Positions 16,476 through 25,771 of a DNA stretch of 32,000 nt are shown piece by piece (the first letter of the stretch is position 1; the number at the start of each line of letters is the position of its first letter). The position numbers were made by a program, and so were the translations under genes. Source of the DNA: Phycisphaera mikurensis NBRC 102666 (GTDB lineage: Bacteria; Planctomycetota; Phycisphaerae; Phycisphaerales; Phycisphaeraceae); the NCBI RefSeq assembly GCF_000284115.1, contig NC_017081.1, positions 49,158 through 81,157 of the forward strand, given 5' to 3'. The notes beneath the pieces are model-generated. The model was not told the DNA's origin, searched no databases, and worked only from the letters and a program-made list of their open reading frames with translations.

Positions 16476-19021
16476 CGGATCTCCAGGTAAATCGAGTCGG
16501 CCGACGCGTCGTCGGCGGAGAAGGCGTGGGACCATGTGCCCGGGGGGTCGACCCCGTCGTGGTCGGGTGCTCCGTCGGCGGGCTCGCTCGCGGCCTCGAC
16601 CGGAGTCCTCGCCCCGCCGCCCCGCCGCTTGCGGAACCACTCGACGAAGCGCTCACCGGAGAGGCCGAGCGCCTGCGCCTCGTCGAGCAGGGCTTGCTCC
16701 GCCTTGCCCGAAGCCCCCACCAACTCCAGCGCGAAAGAACCCAGCTCCAGGTCGAAGAGGCGGTTCCCCCGCTTGCTGCGAAAGAGGTATTCCCGCTTGG
16801 GCTGTGCCTCGGCGATCAGCCGCAGCTCCGCGTCGGTGAGGCCCCAGCCCCGGTAGATCTCTGCGGTGCTCGGGTCGAGCGCCCGGGCATTGGGCAGGTA
16901 GATCGCCGACGGGCAGCTTTCGATGAGGGCCGGGGCGATGGCCGAGGACGCGACGTCCGAGAGGCTCTGCGACGCGAACATCACGGCGACGTTCCGCTTC
17001 CGCAGGGTCTTCAGCCACTCGCGGATCTGCTCGGCGAAAAGACCGGACTCCAGATACGCCCACGCCTCGTCGAGAACGAGGAGCGTGGGCGCGCCGGCGA
17101 CCGTCTCTTGGGCGAAGCGGCGGTCGAGCCGGTGGAACAGGTACAGCAGCACCGGAGTCAGCGCGGGCGTCTTCCGCAGCTCCTCCATCTCGAAGGCCTG
17201 CCAGTCCGCCTCACGGAGGCTGTCGTGGTCAGAGTCGAGCAGCGTGCCGAAGCTGCCGCCGAGCGTGTAGTTCTGCAGCGCGTCCTTCAGGTCCGGATCC
17301 TGCACCAGCCCCCGAAAGATCGACAGCGTCCGCTGGGCCGGCTTGTCGAGGCGGCCCAGCCGCCCGAGTGCTTCGTAGATCGCGTTCACCTGCGAGGTGT
17401 CGGGCTTCAGGCCCGCGAGCGTCACCAGTTCCACAATCCAGTCCCGGGCCCAAGCCCGCTCGGCTTCGTCGTCCACGTCTCGCAGCGGCTGGAAGCTGAG
17501 TCCGCCCCCGTACTGCTGCCCCCCGAGGTCGTGGAACTCGCCGCCCACGGCCATCGTGAGCGCACGGCTGCTCCGCCCCACGTCGAAGATCACCACCCCG
17601 GCGCCCGGGTACCGCCTGAACTGGGCAGCGAGCGTGCCCAGCAGCACCGACTTGCCAGCGCCGGTCGGCCCGAGCACCAGCGTGTGGCCCACGTCCCCAT
17701 CGAAGAGGTCGAGCCGGAACGGCGTGGACCCCCGGGCGGCAGCGGTGAGCAGCGCCGGGCCCCGGAGGTGTTCACAGGTCTCGTTCCCTGCCCACACGCT
17801 GGTCAGCGGCATGAGGTCGCACAGGTTCAGCGAAGTCACCAGCGGTCGCCGCGCGTCCGCGTACACCTGTCCTGGAAGCGAGCCGAGCCACGCGTCGACC
17901 GCGTTGACCGTCTCGTGGATGCTGACGAGACCAAGACCGTCGAGCACCTGGGCGATGGCCCGCGCCCGGGAGGCGGCCTCGTCGGCGGTCGCGCCTGAGG
18001 TCGTCACCGTGAGGGTGAAGTTGCCCATCGTGTACAGGTCGTCCTGGAGGCCGGCGAGCGCTCCCTCCGCGTCCTGATGACGGGCGACCGCTTCCGCGTC
18101 CAGCTCGGGGCTCTCCTTCTTCGAGAGCGCCTCGCCGACGAGCGTCTTCATGCTCTTCCGCTTGCCGTACCACAGAGCCCGAACCCGCGAGACCTTCCGG
18201 ATGCCCTCTTCCCGGTTGTACGGCATCCACCGCGCGACCCACCGGTAGGGGATCCCCAAAGAATGAAGCCGGTCCAGCATCGCCGGCGTGGTGCTGCCCG
18301 GCCAGTGGCGGACGCCCACGATCGCGAGGTGGAGCTTGCCGAGCCTCGGGGCCATGCCGCCAACCAAGCGGGTGTCCGTGAGCAGACAATCGAGGTCCAT
18401 CGGCAGCTCCGGCCGCCGCAACCGCTTCGGCCGGTCGCTCACGCTGCCGTGCAGGAAGCTCACGAGGTCGTCGTCGGCGAGCAGCTCAACGCTCAGGAGC
18501 GTTGAGGCAAGCAAATCCCGGATGGCCAACACCGTGCGGCGGAACTCGCCCAGCTCGCCGCGGTAGTCGGCCCCGGAGCCGGTGGCCTCCTCTCCCTCCA
18601 GCAGCAGCTTCCGCACCGAAGTTTTTCGGTCGCTCGGCGGGAGGTAGGTGAAGGTGAGGAAATGCTCGGTCTCGTAGTGGGCCTCCTCCGCCTGGAAAGC
18701 GCGGCGCCGCTCCTCGTCGATCGTGTGGGTGATCGGGTCGGGAAAAGTTGAGTCCGGGTACGCGACGGAGGCCGTCCGCCTCGCCTCGAAGTGCAGACAC
18801 CACCGCGAGCCCAGACGCCGCAGCGCGTTGTTCGCCCGTGCCCGCAGCGACATCATCTCCGCCTCGGTGATGCTCTCCTTGTCCAACCCCCGGTAGCGGG
18901 CGACGGACATGAAAGCACCGTCCTTGTTCGACACCACGTCGGGGCCGAGCATCAGGCCCCAGAGGACAGAGTCGGCGAGCGCATCGCGTCGCTTTCGGCT
19001 TCGGTGGAGGTCCAGCGTCAT
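16472..19021 (-). CDS. trbE: conjugal transfer ATPase TrbE (VirB4 family)
   Basis: Walker A LVLGPTGAGKSVLLGTLA, TLLVLDEAWAYLES, MFASQSLSDVASS, and N-terminal VirB4-like RYRGLDKESITEAEMMSLRARANNALRRLGSRWCLHFEARR. Confidence 0.97.
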   Translation of the reverse strand: MTLDLHRSRKRRDALADSVLWGLMLGPDVVSNKDGAFMSVARYRGLDKESITEAEMMSLRARANNALRRLGSRWCLHFEARRTASVAYPDSTFPDPITHTIDEERRRAFQAEEAHYETEHFLTFTYLPPSDRKTSVRKLLLEGEEATGSGADYRGELGEFRRTVLAIRDLLASTLLSVELLADDDLVSFLHGSVSDRPKRLRRPELPMDLDCLLTDTRLVGGMAPRLGKLHLAIVGVRHWPGSTTPAMLDRLHSLGIPYRWVARWMPYNREEGIRKVSRVRALWYGKRKSMKTLVGEALSKKESPELDAEAVARHQDAEGALAGLQDDLYTMGNFTLTVTTSGATADEAASRARAIAQVLDGLGLVSIHETVNAVDAWLGSLPGQVYADARRPLVTSLNLCDLMPLTSVWAGNETCEHLRGPALLTAAARGSTPFRLDLFDGDVGHTLVLGPTGAGKSVLLGTLAAQFRRYPGAGVVIFDVGRSSRALTMAVGGEFHDLGGQQYGGGLSFQPLRDVDDEAERAWARDWIVELVTLAGLKPDTSQVNAIYEALGRLGRLDKPAQRTLSIFRGLVQDPDLKDALQNYTLGGSFGTLLDSDHDSLREADWQAFEMEELRKTPALTPVLLYLFHRLDRRFAQETVAGAPTLLVLDEAWAYLESGLFAEQIREWLKTLRKRNVAVMFASQSLSDVASSAIAPALIESCPSAIYLPNARALDPSTAEIYRGWGLTDAELRLIAEAQPKREYLFRSKRGNRLFDLELGSFALELVGASGKAEQALLDEAQALGLSGERFVEWFRKRRGGGARTPVEAASEPADGAPDHDGVDPPGTWSHAFSADDASADSIYLEIR

Positions 19022-19024
19022 GCC

Positions 19025-19294
19025 TCACCGCGTGTGGAAGACCTTCGGCAGCCGCAGGTGCACCTGGCCGATCTCAAACCACTGCGGGTCGAGCCGGGTG
19101 AGCCACGTCGCCAATGCCCAACATCCCAGCCCCAGCGGGATTCCGAGGTACCAGAGCCCCAGCGACATCGTGATGATCAGTGAGACCATCAGGATGAGGA
19201 TCCCCACCGGCCGCGGGACACCCATCAGCAACACCGGCGTGACGAGGCTCACGTGCAGCGGCACCACCCAGCCCTCGGGGTGCTCGCTCCTCAC
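19025..19294 (-). CDS. trbD: TrbD (VirB3 family)
   Basis: GTG at 19292-19294 overlapping the trbC stop. Short protein VRSEHPEGWVVPLHVSLVTPVLLMGVPRPVGILILMVSLIITMSLGLWYLGIPLGLGCWALATWLTRLDPQWFEIGQVHLRLPKVFHTR. Confidence 0.88.
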   Translation of the reverse strand: MRSEHPEGWVVPLHVSLVTPVLLMGVPRPVGILILMVSLIITMSLGLWYLGIPLGLGCWALATWLTRLDPQWFEIGQVHLRLPKVFHTR

Positions 19295-19620
19295 AGCGCG
19301 AGCCCGAAGCCGAACAGCGGCAGCGCCCACGACCCGGCGGACGCGGCCACCGCGAGCCCCAACCCGATCTGCATGATCTTCACCATCGCGCCCCCGCCGG
19401 CGCCGAACATGAGCGTGATGCCGAACCCGACGACGGCGATGGTCCCCACGCCGATCGCCACCGGTCCCGAGATCGAGTTGGCCACCGCGTCGAGCGGGCC
19501 TTCCCACGGCATCGCACCGCCGCCGCCCGCGGCGCCAGCCGAGGCCGGCACCGAGGCCACGAGGGAAGCCGCCACCGTCATCAACGCCACACCGAACCGA
19601 CCACGCATCACGCCAGACAT
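19291..19620 (-). CDS. trbC: TrbC conjugative pilin (VirB2 family)
   Basis: ATG 19618-19620. MSGVMRGRFGVALMTVAASLVASVPASAGAAGGGGAMPWEGPLDAVANSISGPVAIGVGTIAVVGFGITLMFGAGGGAMVKIMQIGLGLAVA...; signal peptide plus two hydrophobic helices. Confidence 0.88.
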   Translation of the reverse strand: MSGVMRGRFGVALMTVAASLVASVPASAGAAGGGGAMPWEGPLDAVANSISGPVAIGVGTIAVVGFGITLMFGAGGGAMVKIMQIGLGLAVAASAGSWALPLFGFGLAL

Positions 19621-19729
19621 CTCGCTTCTCCTGAAGCCCCTCGGGGCCGTGTTGGGGGAACAGCCGGGCCTCGCCCGCCTTGTAGTGCTTATCCGTGGAA
19701 AGCATACATAAAGCGCCGAACACTGCTCT

Positions 19730-20701
19730 TCACCGCGTTCGGTAGCTGCCCGTCTGCGGGTCGTAGCCATCGACGTGCACGATCTCCTCGACCCTTCGCC
19801 CGTCGGCACCGCGGCGGATGCTGACCAGCACGTCCACCGCCTCGCCGATGGCCACGCGGTTGACGTTGACCGCCACCTCGGAGATCAGCTCCTCGAGCCG
19901 GCGAAGACCGGCGACCGCCCCGTCGGCGTGCAGCGTCCCGAGCCCGCCGGGGTGTCCGGTGTTCCACGCCTTCACCAGGTCCAGCGCCTCGCCCCCGCGC
20001 ACCTCGCCGATCACGATGCGGTCGGGCCGCATCCGCATGGTGTCGCGGAGCAGGTCTCGCAGCGTGGCCCCCGCGTTCTCGGCCACCCGCATCGAGACCG
20101 AGTCCGGCACCAGGCACTGCAGCTCGGCGGTGTCCTCGATGAGGATCACGCGGTCGCCGTGGAAGCCCTTCTCCGCGAGCAGCGCGTTGCAAAGCGTGGT
20201 TTTGCCTGAGCCCGTCCCCCCCACCACCACGATGTTCTTCCGCGTGTTCACCGCGTCCCGCAGCTCGGCGGCTTGGTTCTCTCGCATCGTGCCCGCGGAG
20301 ACGTAGTCGTCGAGCGTGAAGACCTGCGTCGACCGCTTCCGTAGCGAGAACGTTGGCGCCTCCACGATCGGCGGCAAGAGCGCGTGAAACCGCTCCCCGC
20401 TCTCCAGCACGCCCGAGGCCCGCGGGTGATTGCGGTCGGCCCGTACGCCCACCCGGTCCGCGAGCAGGCACACCAGGTTCTCGGCCGCGTGCGGATCCAG
20501 CTGCCCTGCGACGCGCCGCCCGGACGCGTGGGTGTCCAGCCAGATCCGCCCGTCGGGGTTCACGCAGACCTCCACCACGTCGGGGTCGATCAGCGCCGAG
20601 CGGATCACCGGCCCCAGGCAGGCGCTCAGTGCCTCTTGCTTCCGCGCCGACTCCCGCGCTCCGCCCAGGAGCGACCGCGTTCCTTCATCCGTGCTGATCA
20701 T
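19730..20701 (-). CDS. trbB: P-type conjugative transfer ATPase TrbB (VirB11 family)
   Basis: ATG 20699-20701 (MISTDEGTR...). IVVVGGTGSGKTTLCNALL, ILIEDTAELQC, LLRDTMRMRPDRIVIGEVRGGEALDLVKAWNTGHPGGLGTLHA. Confidence 0.97.
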   Translation of the reverse strand: MISTDEGTRSLLGGARESARKQEALSACLGPVIRSALIDPDVVEVCVNPDGRIWLDTHASGRRVAGQLDPHAAENLVCLLADRVGVRADRNHPRASGVLESGERFHALLPPIVEAPTFSLRKRSTQVFTLDDYVSAGTMRENQAAELRDAVNTRKNIVVVGGTGSGKTTLCNALLAEKGFHGDRVILIEDTAELQCLVPDSVSMRVAENAGATLRDLLRDTMRMRPDRIVIGEVRGGEALDLVKAWNTGHPGGLGTLHADGAVAGLRRLEELISEVAVNVNRVAIGEAVDVLVSIRRGADGRRVEEIVHVDGYDPQTGSYRTR

Positions 20702-21161
20702 CCCGGGCCTCCCCCCTCGTGGCGTCCACGCCGAAGAGCAACTCTTCCAGACGGATGCTCCGCCCAAGAACCGAGGTCGACCGCCCCACCGTCTCGGCGA
20801 TGGCGTCCATCAGCCGCGAGAGCTTCAGGTCGGCCACCGCCCCGGCGGCCCGCTTCTCCTCCTCGGGGATGTCCGGGGTCACGGCGAACCACGCCCGCGC
20901 CAGCACCAGCACCGTCTCCAGCTGGATCTGCTGCCGCAACTCGAGCTTCCGCTGCCGCGTGCCCAAATCCAAGAGGTTGCGGTGGATCGACTCCAGTGCC
21001 GATTCCATCCCCCCCGCCAGGTACACACGCCGGCACGCCTCGTTCACGAGATCGCTGCGCGTGAGGGTGCCGCTGCGGCGTTCGAGTTGCTCGATGACCT
21101 CCGCATCGACAGTCACGGTCACACGGTGTCCGGGTGCCTTCTTCCTTCCATCTTTCTTCAC
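20685..21161 (-). CDS. ribbon-helix-helix (CopG-like) protein of the conjugation cluster
   Basis: HRVTVTVDAEVIEQLERRSGTLTRSDLVNEACRRVYLAGG at the N-terminus, plus the conserved position between traG/virD4 and trbB. Confidence 0.7.
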   Translation of the reverse strand: MKKDGRKKAPGHRVTVTVDAEVIEQLERRSGTLTRSDLVNEACRRVYLAGGMESALESIHRNLLDLGTRQRKLELRQQIQLETVLVLARAWFAVTPDIPEEEKRAAGAVADLKLSRLMDAIAETVGRSTSVLGRSIRLEELLFGVDATRGEARDDQHG

Positions 21162-23098
21162 AGGTCAAACCTCTCTCTGGGCGGTCCGAAGATCGCGTCG
21201 ATGTCTTCCATGGTGATCTCGCCCCCGTCGGGAAGCGGGACCGACGTAGGCCGGTGCACGGGCGTGGTTGGTGCCGGCACAGGGGGATCCGACTGTGTTC
21301 TGCCGGAGTGCCGCCACGGCGTTGACGCGTGCGCGACAACGAGGCTCGGGTTCTCCGGGGCTTCCCCCACATCCGGCAGCAGGCCCAACGCCACCACCCC
21401 GCGCCACTCCACCCCCGCGAGAGAGCCCGGCGGCCGGTGGCCACCGCCCACCGGCGGCGGGTGGAGCCGGCCGGTGAACCCGGGGTCCTCGAAGTAGCGG
21501 ACCTTCTTGGTCCGCATCGGCGGAGACCCGTTCACGAAGACGAGTTGCTCGTCGCTGGGCAGCTCCCGCACCTCGCCGGGATTGAGCAGCGGCCGCAGCT
21601 GCTCGCTCCGTGACTCCGTCCGCGAGCGGTGATCCAGCGGAGCCATCCGCCGCCGGCTGAAGCTGCTGCGGTGCTCCAGCACCGTGCCGGTCATCTTCGA
21701 GACCCGCTCCGCCGATTGGATGTCCGCGGAGGCGAAGGCCACCACGACGTGGCAGTTGTCCAGGACCGTGTTGTCGCGGCCGTAGGCCTCGGCGATGTCG
21801 CTGAAGGACTGGACGATCAGGTGGGCTTTCAGGCCGTAGCCGGCCATCTGGCGGAGGTTGTCCGCGATGAACGGCAGCTTGCCCAAGGTTGGGAACTCGT
21901 CGAGCTGCAGAAGCAGCTTGTGCTTCTTGGGCCTGCCTCGGTTGTCGGTCTCCAACTCCTGCATGAGGCAGCGGGAGATCTGGTAGAGCATCGCCCGGAC
22001 GAGCGGCCGCAGCCGGTCCGCGTCCGAGGGTGGGGGCTCGATGTAGAGCGTCATCGGGTGCTCCCCGACCATGAGGTCGGAGGCGCAGAAGTCCGACACG
22101 GAGGTCGCCGCCACAATCTCGGGATCCGCCCAGAGGATGAGGTAGCCCTCCATCGTGCCCCGCACGCTGGAGCAGAAGCGCTCGCCGTGCTCCGCGAGCG
22201 AGCGGGCGCACCGAGCGATCTCAGGGTGGACCACGGCTTCCCCCGTCTCCACGTCCACCTCGTGCAGCGTCCGCTGCATCACCTCCACTGTCTGCTCGAA
22301 GTCGAGGAGCAGCTCCCGGACCCGGCCGAGGTGCTTCTTGCCGTCGGGCTCGGTGAGGAGCACGTGCAAGATCAGCGCCGTCAAGAACTGCGACGAAGAC
22401 TGATCCCACACACTCAGGTCCGGCTTGCTCCCGCTGGGGTCGACGAGGATCGCCGCGAGGTTCTGCGCGTCCCGGACCATGTGCTCGCGGCGGATCTCCA
22501 GCAGCGGGTTGAAGCGGCAGGTGCCGGGACGCGTCGGTGCGAAGCGCACGCTGTGCCCGAACCGGTCGCGGAAACCGGCGGTGACCGCCCACAGCTCACC
22601 CTTGAGGTCGTACACGAGGGCGCTGCCCCGCCAGTTCAGGAGCGTGGGCACCACATGACCCGTTCCCTTGCCGCTGCGGCTCGCCCCCGCGACGAGCTGG
22701 TGCTCGGGGCCGTCGTAGGCGAGCAGTGCCGGCGTGCCCCGCGTGTCCTCCCACCGCCCCACCACCACCCCCTCCCGCTGCAGGAGCCCGGCGACGCGGG
22801 CGTCGCGGCGGGTGCCCCACTTGAAAGCGCCCACCGCCGTCACCGCGGGCGTGCTAAGGAGAAGCACCGCCCGCAACCCGGCGCCGGTGAAGACCAGGAC
22901 GGTGAGCCCCACCCCGACCGCCGCCAGCACCTCGGCAGGGTCCGGGATCGGACCAGCAAAACCGGTCAGGAGGGTCCACGGGCCGGCCCATGTGAGAGCC
23001 CGCGACGCCACGGAAGCCGACGCGCACGCGGCGGCGGTCACCGCCAGCACGCAGCCGCCGACTCCCCCCGCCACCAACAAGCGCCAGCGCCAGCTCAC
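21158..23098 (-). CDS. traG: type IV coupling protein (TraG/VirD4 family)
   Basis: Two N-terminal TM segments, HQLVAGASRSGKGTGHVVPTLLNWRGSALVYDLKGELW, LLLQLDEFPTLGKLPFIADNLRQMAGYGLKAHLIVQS. Confidence 0.96.
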   Translation of the reverse strand: MSWRWRLLVAGGVGGCVLAVTAAACASASVASRALTWAGPWTLLTGFAGPIPDPAEVLAAVGVGLTVLVFTGAGLRAVLLLSTPAVTAVGAFKWGTRRDARVAGLLQREGVVVGRWEDTRGTPALLAYDGPEHQLVAGASRSGKGTGHVVPTLLNWRGSALVYDLKGELWAVTAGFRDRFGHSVRFAPTRPGTCRFNPLLEIRREHMVRDAQNLAAILVDPSGSKPDLSVWDQSSSQFLTALILHVLLTEPDGKKHLGRVRELLLDFEQTVEVMQRTLHEVDVETGEAVVHPEIARCARSLAEHGERFCSSVRGTMEGYLILWADPEIVAATSVSDFCASDLMVGEHPMTLYIEPPPSDADRLRPLVRAMLYQISRCLMQELETDNRGRPKKHKLLLQLDEFPTLGKLPFIADNLRQMAGYGLKAHLIVQSFSDIAEAYGRDNTVLDNCHVVVAFASADIQSAERVSKMTGTVLEHRSSFSRRRMAPLDHRSRTESRSEQLRPLLNPGEVRELPSDEQLVFVNGSPPMRTKKVRYFEDPGFTGRLHPPPVGGGHRPPGSLAGVEWRGVVALGLLPDVGEAPENPSLVVAHASTPWRHSGRTQSDPPVPAPTTPVHRPTSVPLPDGGEITMEDIDAIFGPPRERFDL

Positions 23099-24972
23099 GC
23101 ACGCCCCCTCTCGTCGTCCGCACGCTCGGCCGCAAGCCGCACGCTCACACGCCCGCGCACAGACTCCGCCACCACAACGTCGCCCACTTGGAGCGCGGCA
23201 CCCGCGGGGTGTGCCTCAACGCTCACGCCGCCGGCATGCCGAAGCACCAGCCCACGCCCCTGGTGCAGACCCACACTGCCGAGCACCTCTGCATCCGCCG
23301 CACGCGGCGCCCGAAGCCGAGCGGGCGTGGCCCCATGCTCCGCCGCGGCATCGGCGGTGGCTGCGTCCAGCTCCGCGTCGCGCAACGCCCGCACCGCCCC
23401 GGGGGTGAACCGCCACCCCCCCGCCGCCCCGGCGGGATCACGCTCCGCCAACCCGCGTTCGCCCAGCCGCTCTCCGCGCCGCCCGGCCCACGCCTCTGCC
23501 CCGGGCCATGCCGGGGTTTCGCGGCCGGAGAGGATCCGGTCCAATGGGGTCCACGCTGGCGAGTCGACGTACCGCTCCGGCGCCTCCACGAGCAGCACAC
23601 GCGCCGACACCCTCGGTGGCTCCGCCCCGCCGCCCGCGCGGAGCCGGGCCGCCGCGGCCGGATCGAGCCGGTGGCCTCCCTCCTGTTCCACCGCGAGCCC
23701 GCGGTTCACCAGGAACGCGAGCCGCCGCCGTTCCGACTCCCTTCCCGCCTCACTCCCCTCGGGGTGCTCCGTGCCGATCCGGTCGCCGTCCAGCCGTAGC
23801 GCCAGCCCGGCGTCGGCCCAGTGCCGCCCGCCGTCCTCCAGTGAGACCAGACCGCCGGCTCGGACGTGTGGGGCCGCGTGCGCCGGGACCTCGGCGTAGA
23901 CGAGCCCCACCTTCTCCCGCAGCAGCACGAATCCGTGCTGCCCGCCCCGGGTGAGCCCCGCCGCCACCACCTCGCCGATCACCGGCGTCTCGGGCGGCTC
24001 TCCGCAACACCGGCGGGTCACCGGTGCCTCCGCGCCCGCGACGCGTCGAACCTCGGTGCCGATGCGCTCCCGCTCCTGAGACTGGCGAAGGACGTTCAGA
24101 AAGTCGGGCTCGACCCTGAAGACGCGTGCGCCCCGCCGCTTCGCGAGCCCCATCCTTTCGAGGTGCTGGAGCCGGCCCGCGAGGTGAGGACGGATGGTGT
24201 CGTTGGTTGGCGCGGTGGCGAGGTCGATCCGGCCCGCGTCCTGCACCCGATCCAGCACGCGGTCGAGTCCGGTGACGCCCGCCGCCTGCGCCTCCCGCTG
24301 GTACGCCTCCCGCACCTGGTCGAGCGTCCGCGGCCCCAGTTCGGCGGTCGCCCGCTCCTGGGCGAGCGTGCGGATGTCGGTACTGACCGCGGCGCGAAAA
24401 AGACGCAACTCCTTCCCATCCGCGACGCCGCGGAGCGCGACGTGGGCGTGGACTTGGTCGGTATTGGTGTGAATCGCCCCCACCCACTCGAGCTCCCGCC
24501 CGAGGTGCTGGCTGACGTCCCGCATCAGGTCTCGCGTGTACGCCTCTATCGAAGCGAGTCCGTGGCCCGCTTCGGGGCTCACGATGAGCCGGTAGTGGTG
24601 CCGGTCGAGCGCCCAGGACTTCACGATCACGGCCCGCTCGGGTTCCCTCGCCGCGTCGGCGGTGAAGAAGGTCGGCCGACCTTCCCCGGCCTCGGCGTCC
24701 TCTCGCTGGAGGTAGCGCAGGTGCTCTGCGAGGTTCCCTGCCTTGCCGCCCGCCGCCCCGGAACGGGGTCCCGCGTGCATCCGGTAGCGGATCTTCACCA
24801 GCACCCGCTGCTGACTGCTCGGTGTCGCGGCCGCGGTGCGGGCGCTGGCCCCACCGAGTCGGACGGAAGCTCGCCGGGCGAGACGCTGGCCCAACGCTGC
24901 TGATGCGCTCTGCGGGCGGGACCCGCCGCCGAAGCGGGGGCGGAAGTCGTCATCGAGCGGGGCGTGCGCCAT
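23095..24972 (-). CDS. relaxase / mobilization nuclease (VirD2/TraI-like, MOBP-type suspected)
   Basis: ATG 24970-24972 with a strong upstream purine tract. AEHLRYLQRE, HHYRLIVSPEAGHG, and metal-binding triad region IHTNTDQVHAHVALRG. ATGA overlap with traG. Confidence 0.9.
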   Translation of the reverse strand: MAHAPLDDDFRPRFGGGSRPQSASAALGQRLARRASVRLGGASARTAAATPSSQQRVLVKIRYRMHAGPRSGAAGGKAGNLAEHLRYLQREDAEAGEGRPTFFTADAAREPERAVIVKSWALDRHHYRLIVSPEAGHGLASIEAYTRDLMRDVSQHLGRELEWVGAIHTNTDQVHAHVALRGVADGKELRLFRAAVSTDIRTLAQERATAELGPRTLDQVREAYQREAQAAGVTGLDRVLDRVQDAGRIDLATAPTNDTIRPHLAGRLQHLERMGLAKRRGARVFRVEPDFLNVLRQSQERERIGTEVRRVAGAEAPVTRRCCGEPPETPVIGEVVAAGLTRGGQHGFVLLREKVGLVYAEVPAHAAPHVRAGGLVSLEDGGRHWADAGLALRLDGDRIGTEHPEGSEAGRESERRRLAFLVNRGLAVEQEGGHRLDPAAAARLRAGGGAEPPRVSARVLLVEAPERYVDSPAWTPLDRILSGRETPAWPGAEAWAGRRGERLGERGLAERDPAGAAGGWRFTPGAVRALRDAELDAATADAAAEHGATPARLRAPRAADAEVLGSVGLHQGRGLVLRHAGGVSVEAHPAGAALQVGDVVVAESVRGRVSVRLAAERADDERGRA

Positions 24973-25033
24973 CCAAACCCCCTTTCTGCAAAGGCTTACG
25001 GACAACGCTGCACACGAGAGCGAGGGTGAAGTC

Positions 25034-25163
25034 GCGTAAACCAGTTCCCTCGAACGACTTACGCAAGACCTTTTTTCCTTTATCTTGCACTACATCCAAA
25101 CTCATTCTGATCTCCTCTTCCTTCTTCCTGTCTCCTGATTTCGTCGCCGCCAGGCGACGAAAT
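25034..25163. promoter_or_regulatory. candidate oriT region (hairpins plus IncP-like nic-like sequence)
   Basis: GCGTAA (25034-25039)/TTACGC (25059-25064); GCAAGA (25063-25068)/TCTTGC (25083-25088) ending in TATCTTGC (25081-25088), one base from TATCCTGC; perfect 11+11 bp hairpin ATTTCGTCGCC-GCCA-GGCGACGAAAT (25138-25163). Sits between relaxase and traF genes. Confidence 0.4.
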
Positions 25164-25174
25164 GCCCGCTGAGT

Positions 25175-25771
25175 TCACCGGTCCCAGGACCACCACAAGC
25201 GGTAAGGACCCTGCGCCTCGTCGAGGACCACCGGCCCGAAGCACCGCGAGTCCACGGAAGTCAGAACTCCCTCCGCCAGCAGCCAAGCTTCGCCCGGCTG
25301 CAACACCCGATCCATCCCAAACACGGGCATCGCCTCCCCCTGCGAGGTCACGCGGGCGGTGGGCGCGAGGCGCACGCCGTCGATCACCAAGCCGCTCTCG
25401 TCGCAGCGCACCGTCTGGCCAACCAGCCCCGCCACCGGCTTGAGCAGCCGCGTGTGGCCGTGCCGCCCATGCCGGTCGAGGAGCCCGATGACCGCATCGG
25501 GTGCGTCAATCAGGACGAGATCCCCCTTCGCCACCGCCCCCCAACCCCGCACCCAAAGCCCCCGCTCCACGCTCGCGGACGGCTGGATCACGATCGGCAT
25601 CCACGCCCACTGGAGGAGGAAGACGGCCGCCACCGGTATGAGCCAGCACCATGCCCTGAAGCTCAGGAGCCTCCCGACTCGACCTCGATAAGGGGACGGT
25701 GGAACGCGAACGGAGAGTTGCTCCGGCCGGATCGGCCTGGGGTTCTGCGTGCTCACCGCCCCAGGCTCCAC
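25175..25771 (-). CDS. traF: TraF-like S26 signal peptidase / pilin maturation protease
   Basis: N-terminal TM (FRAWCWLIPVAAVFLLQWAWMPIVI), QPSASVERGLWVRG...KGDLVLI, HTRLLKPVAGLVGQTV (candidate catalytic Ser and Lys), SVDSRCFGPV. Confidence 0.85.
   Translation of the reverse strand: MEPGAVSTQNPRPIRPEQLSVRVPPSPYRGRVGRLLSFRAWCWLIPVAAVFLLQWAWMPIVIQPSASVERGLWVRGWGAVAKGDLVLIDAPDAVIGLLDRHGRHGHTRLLKPVAGLVGQTVRCDESGLVIDGVRLAPTARVTSQGEAMPVFGMDRVLQPGEAWLLAEGVLTSVDSRCFGPVVLDEAQGPYRLWWSWDR

Noticed and set aside
16403-17998. Plus-strand ORF of 531 aa opposite trbE
   Set aside because: Arg/Gly/Pro/His-rich translation without domains; antisense to well-supported trbE.
21629-23899. Plus-strand ORF of 756 aa opposite traG and relaxase
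   Set aside because: Longest ORF in the track but compositionally aberrant, with no motifs; antisense to the coupling protein and relaxase.
25138-25163. Intrinsic terminator reading of the 11-bp hairpin after traF
   Set aside because: No U-tract follows the stem on either strand, so it is reported as an oriT/structural candidate instead.
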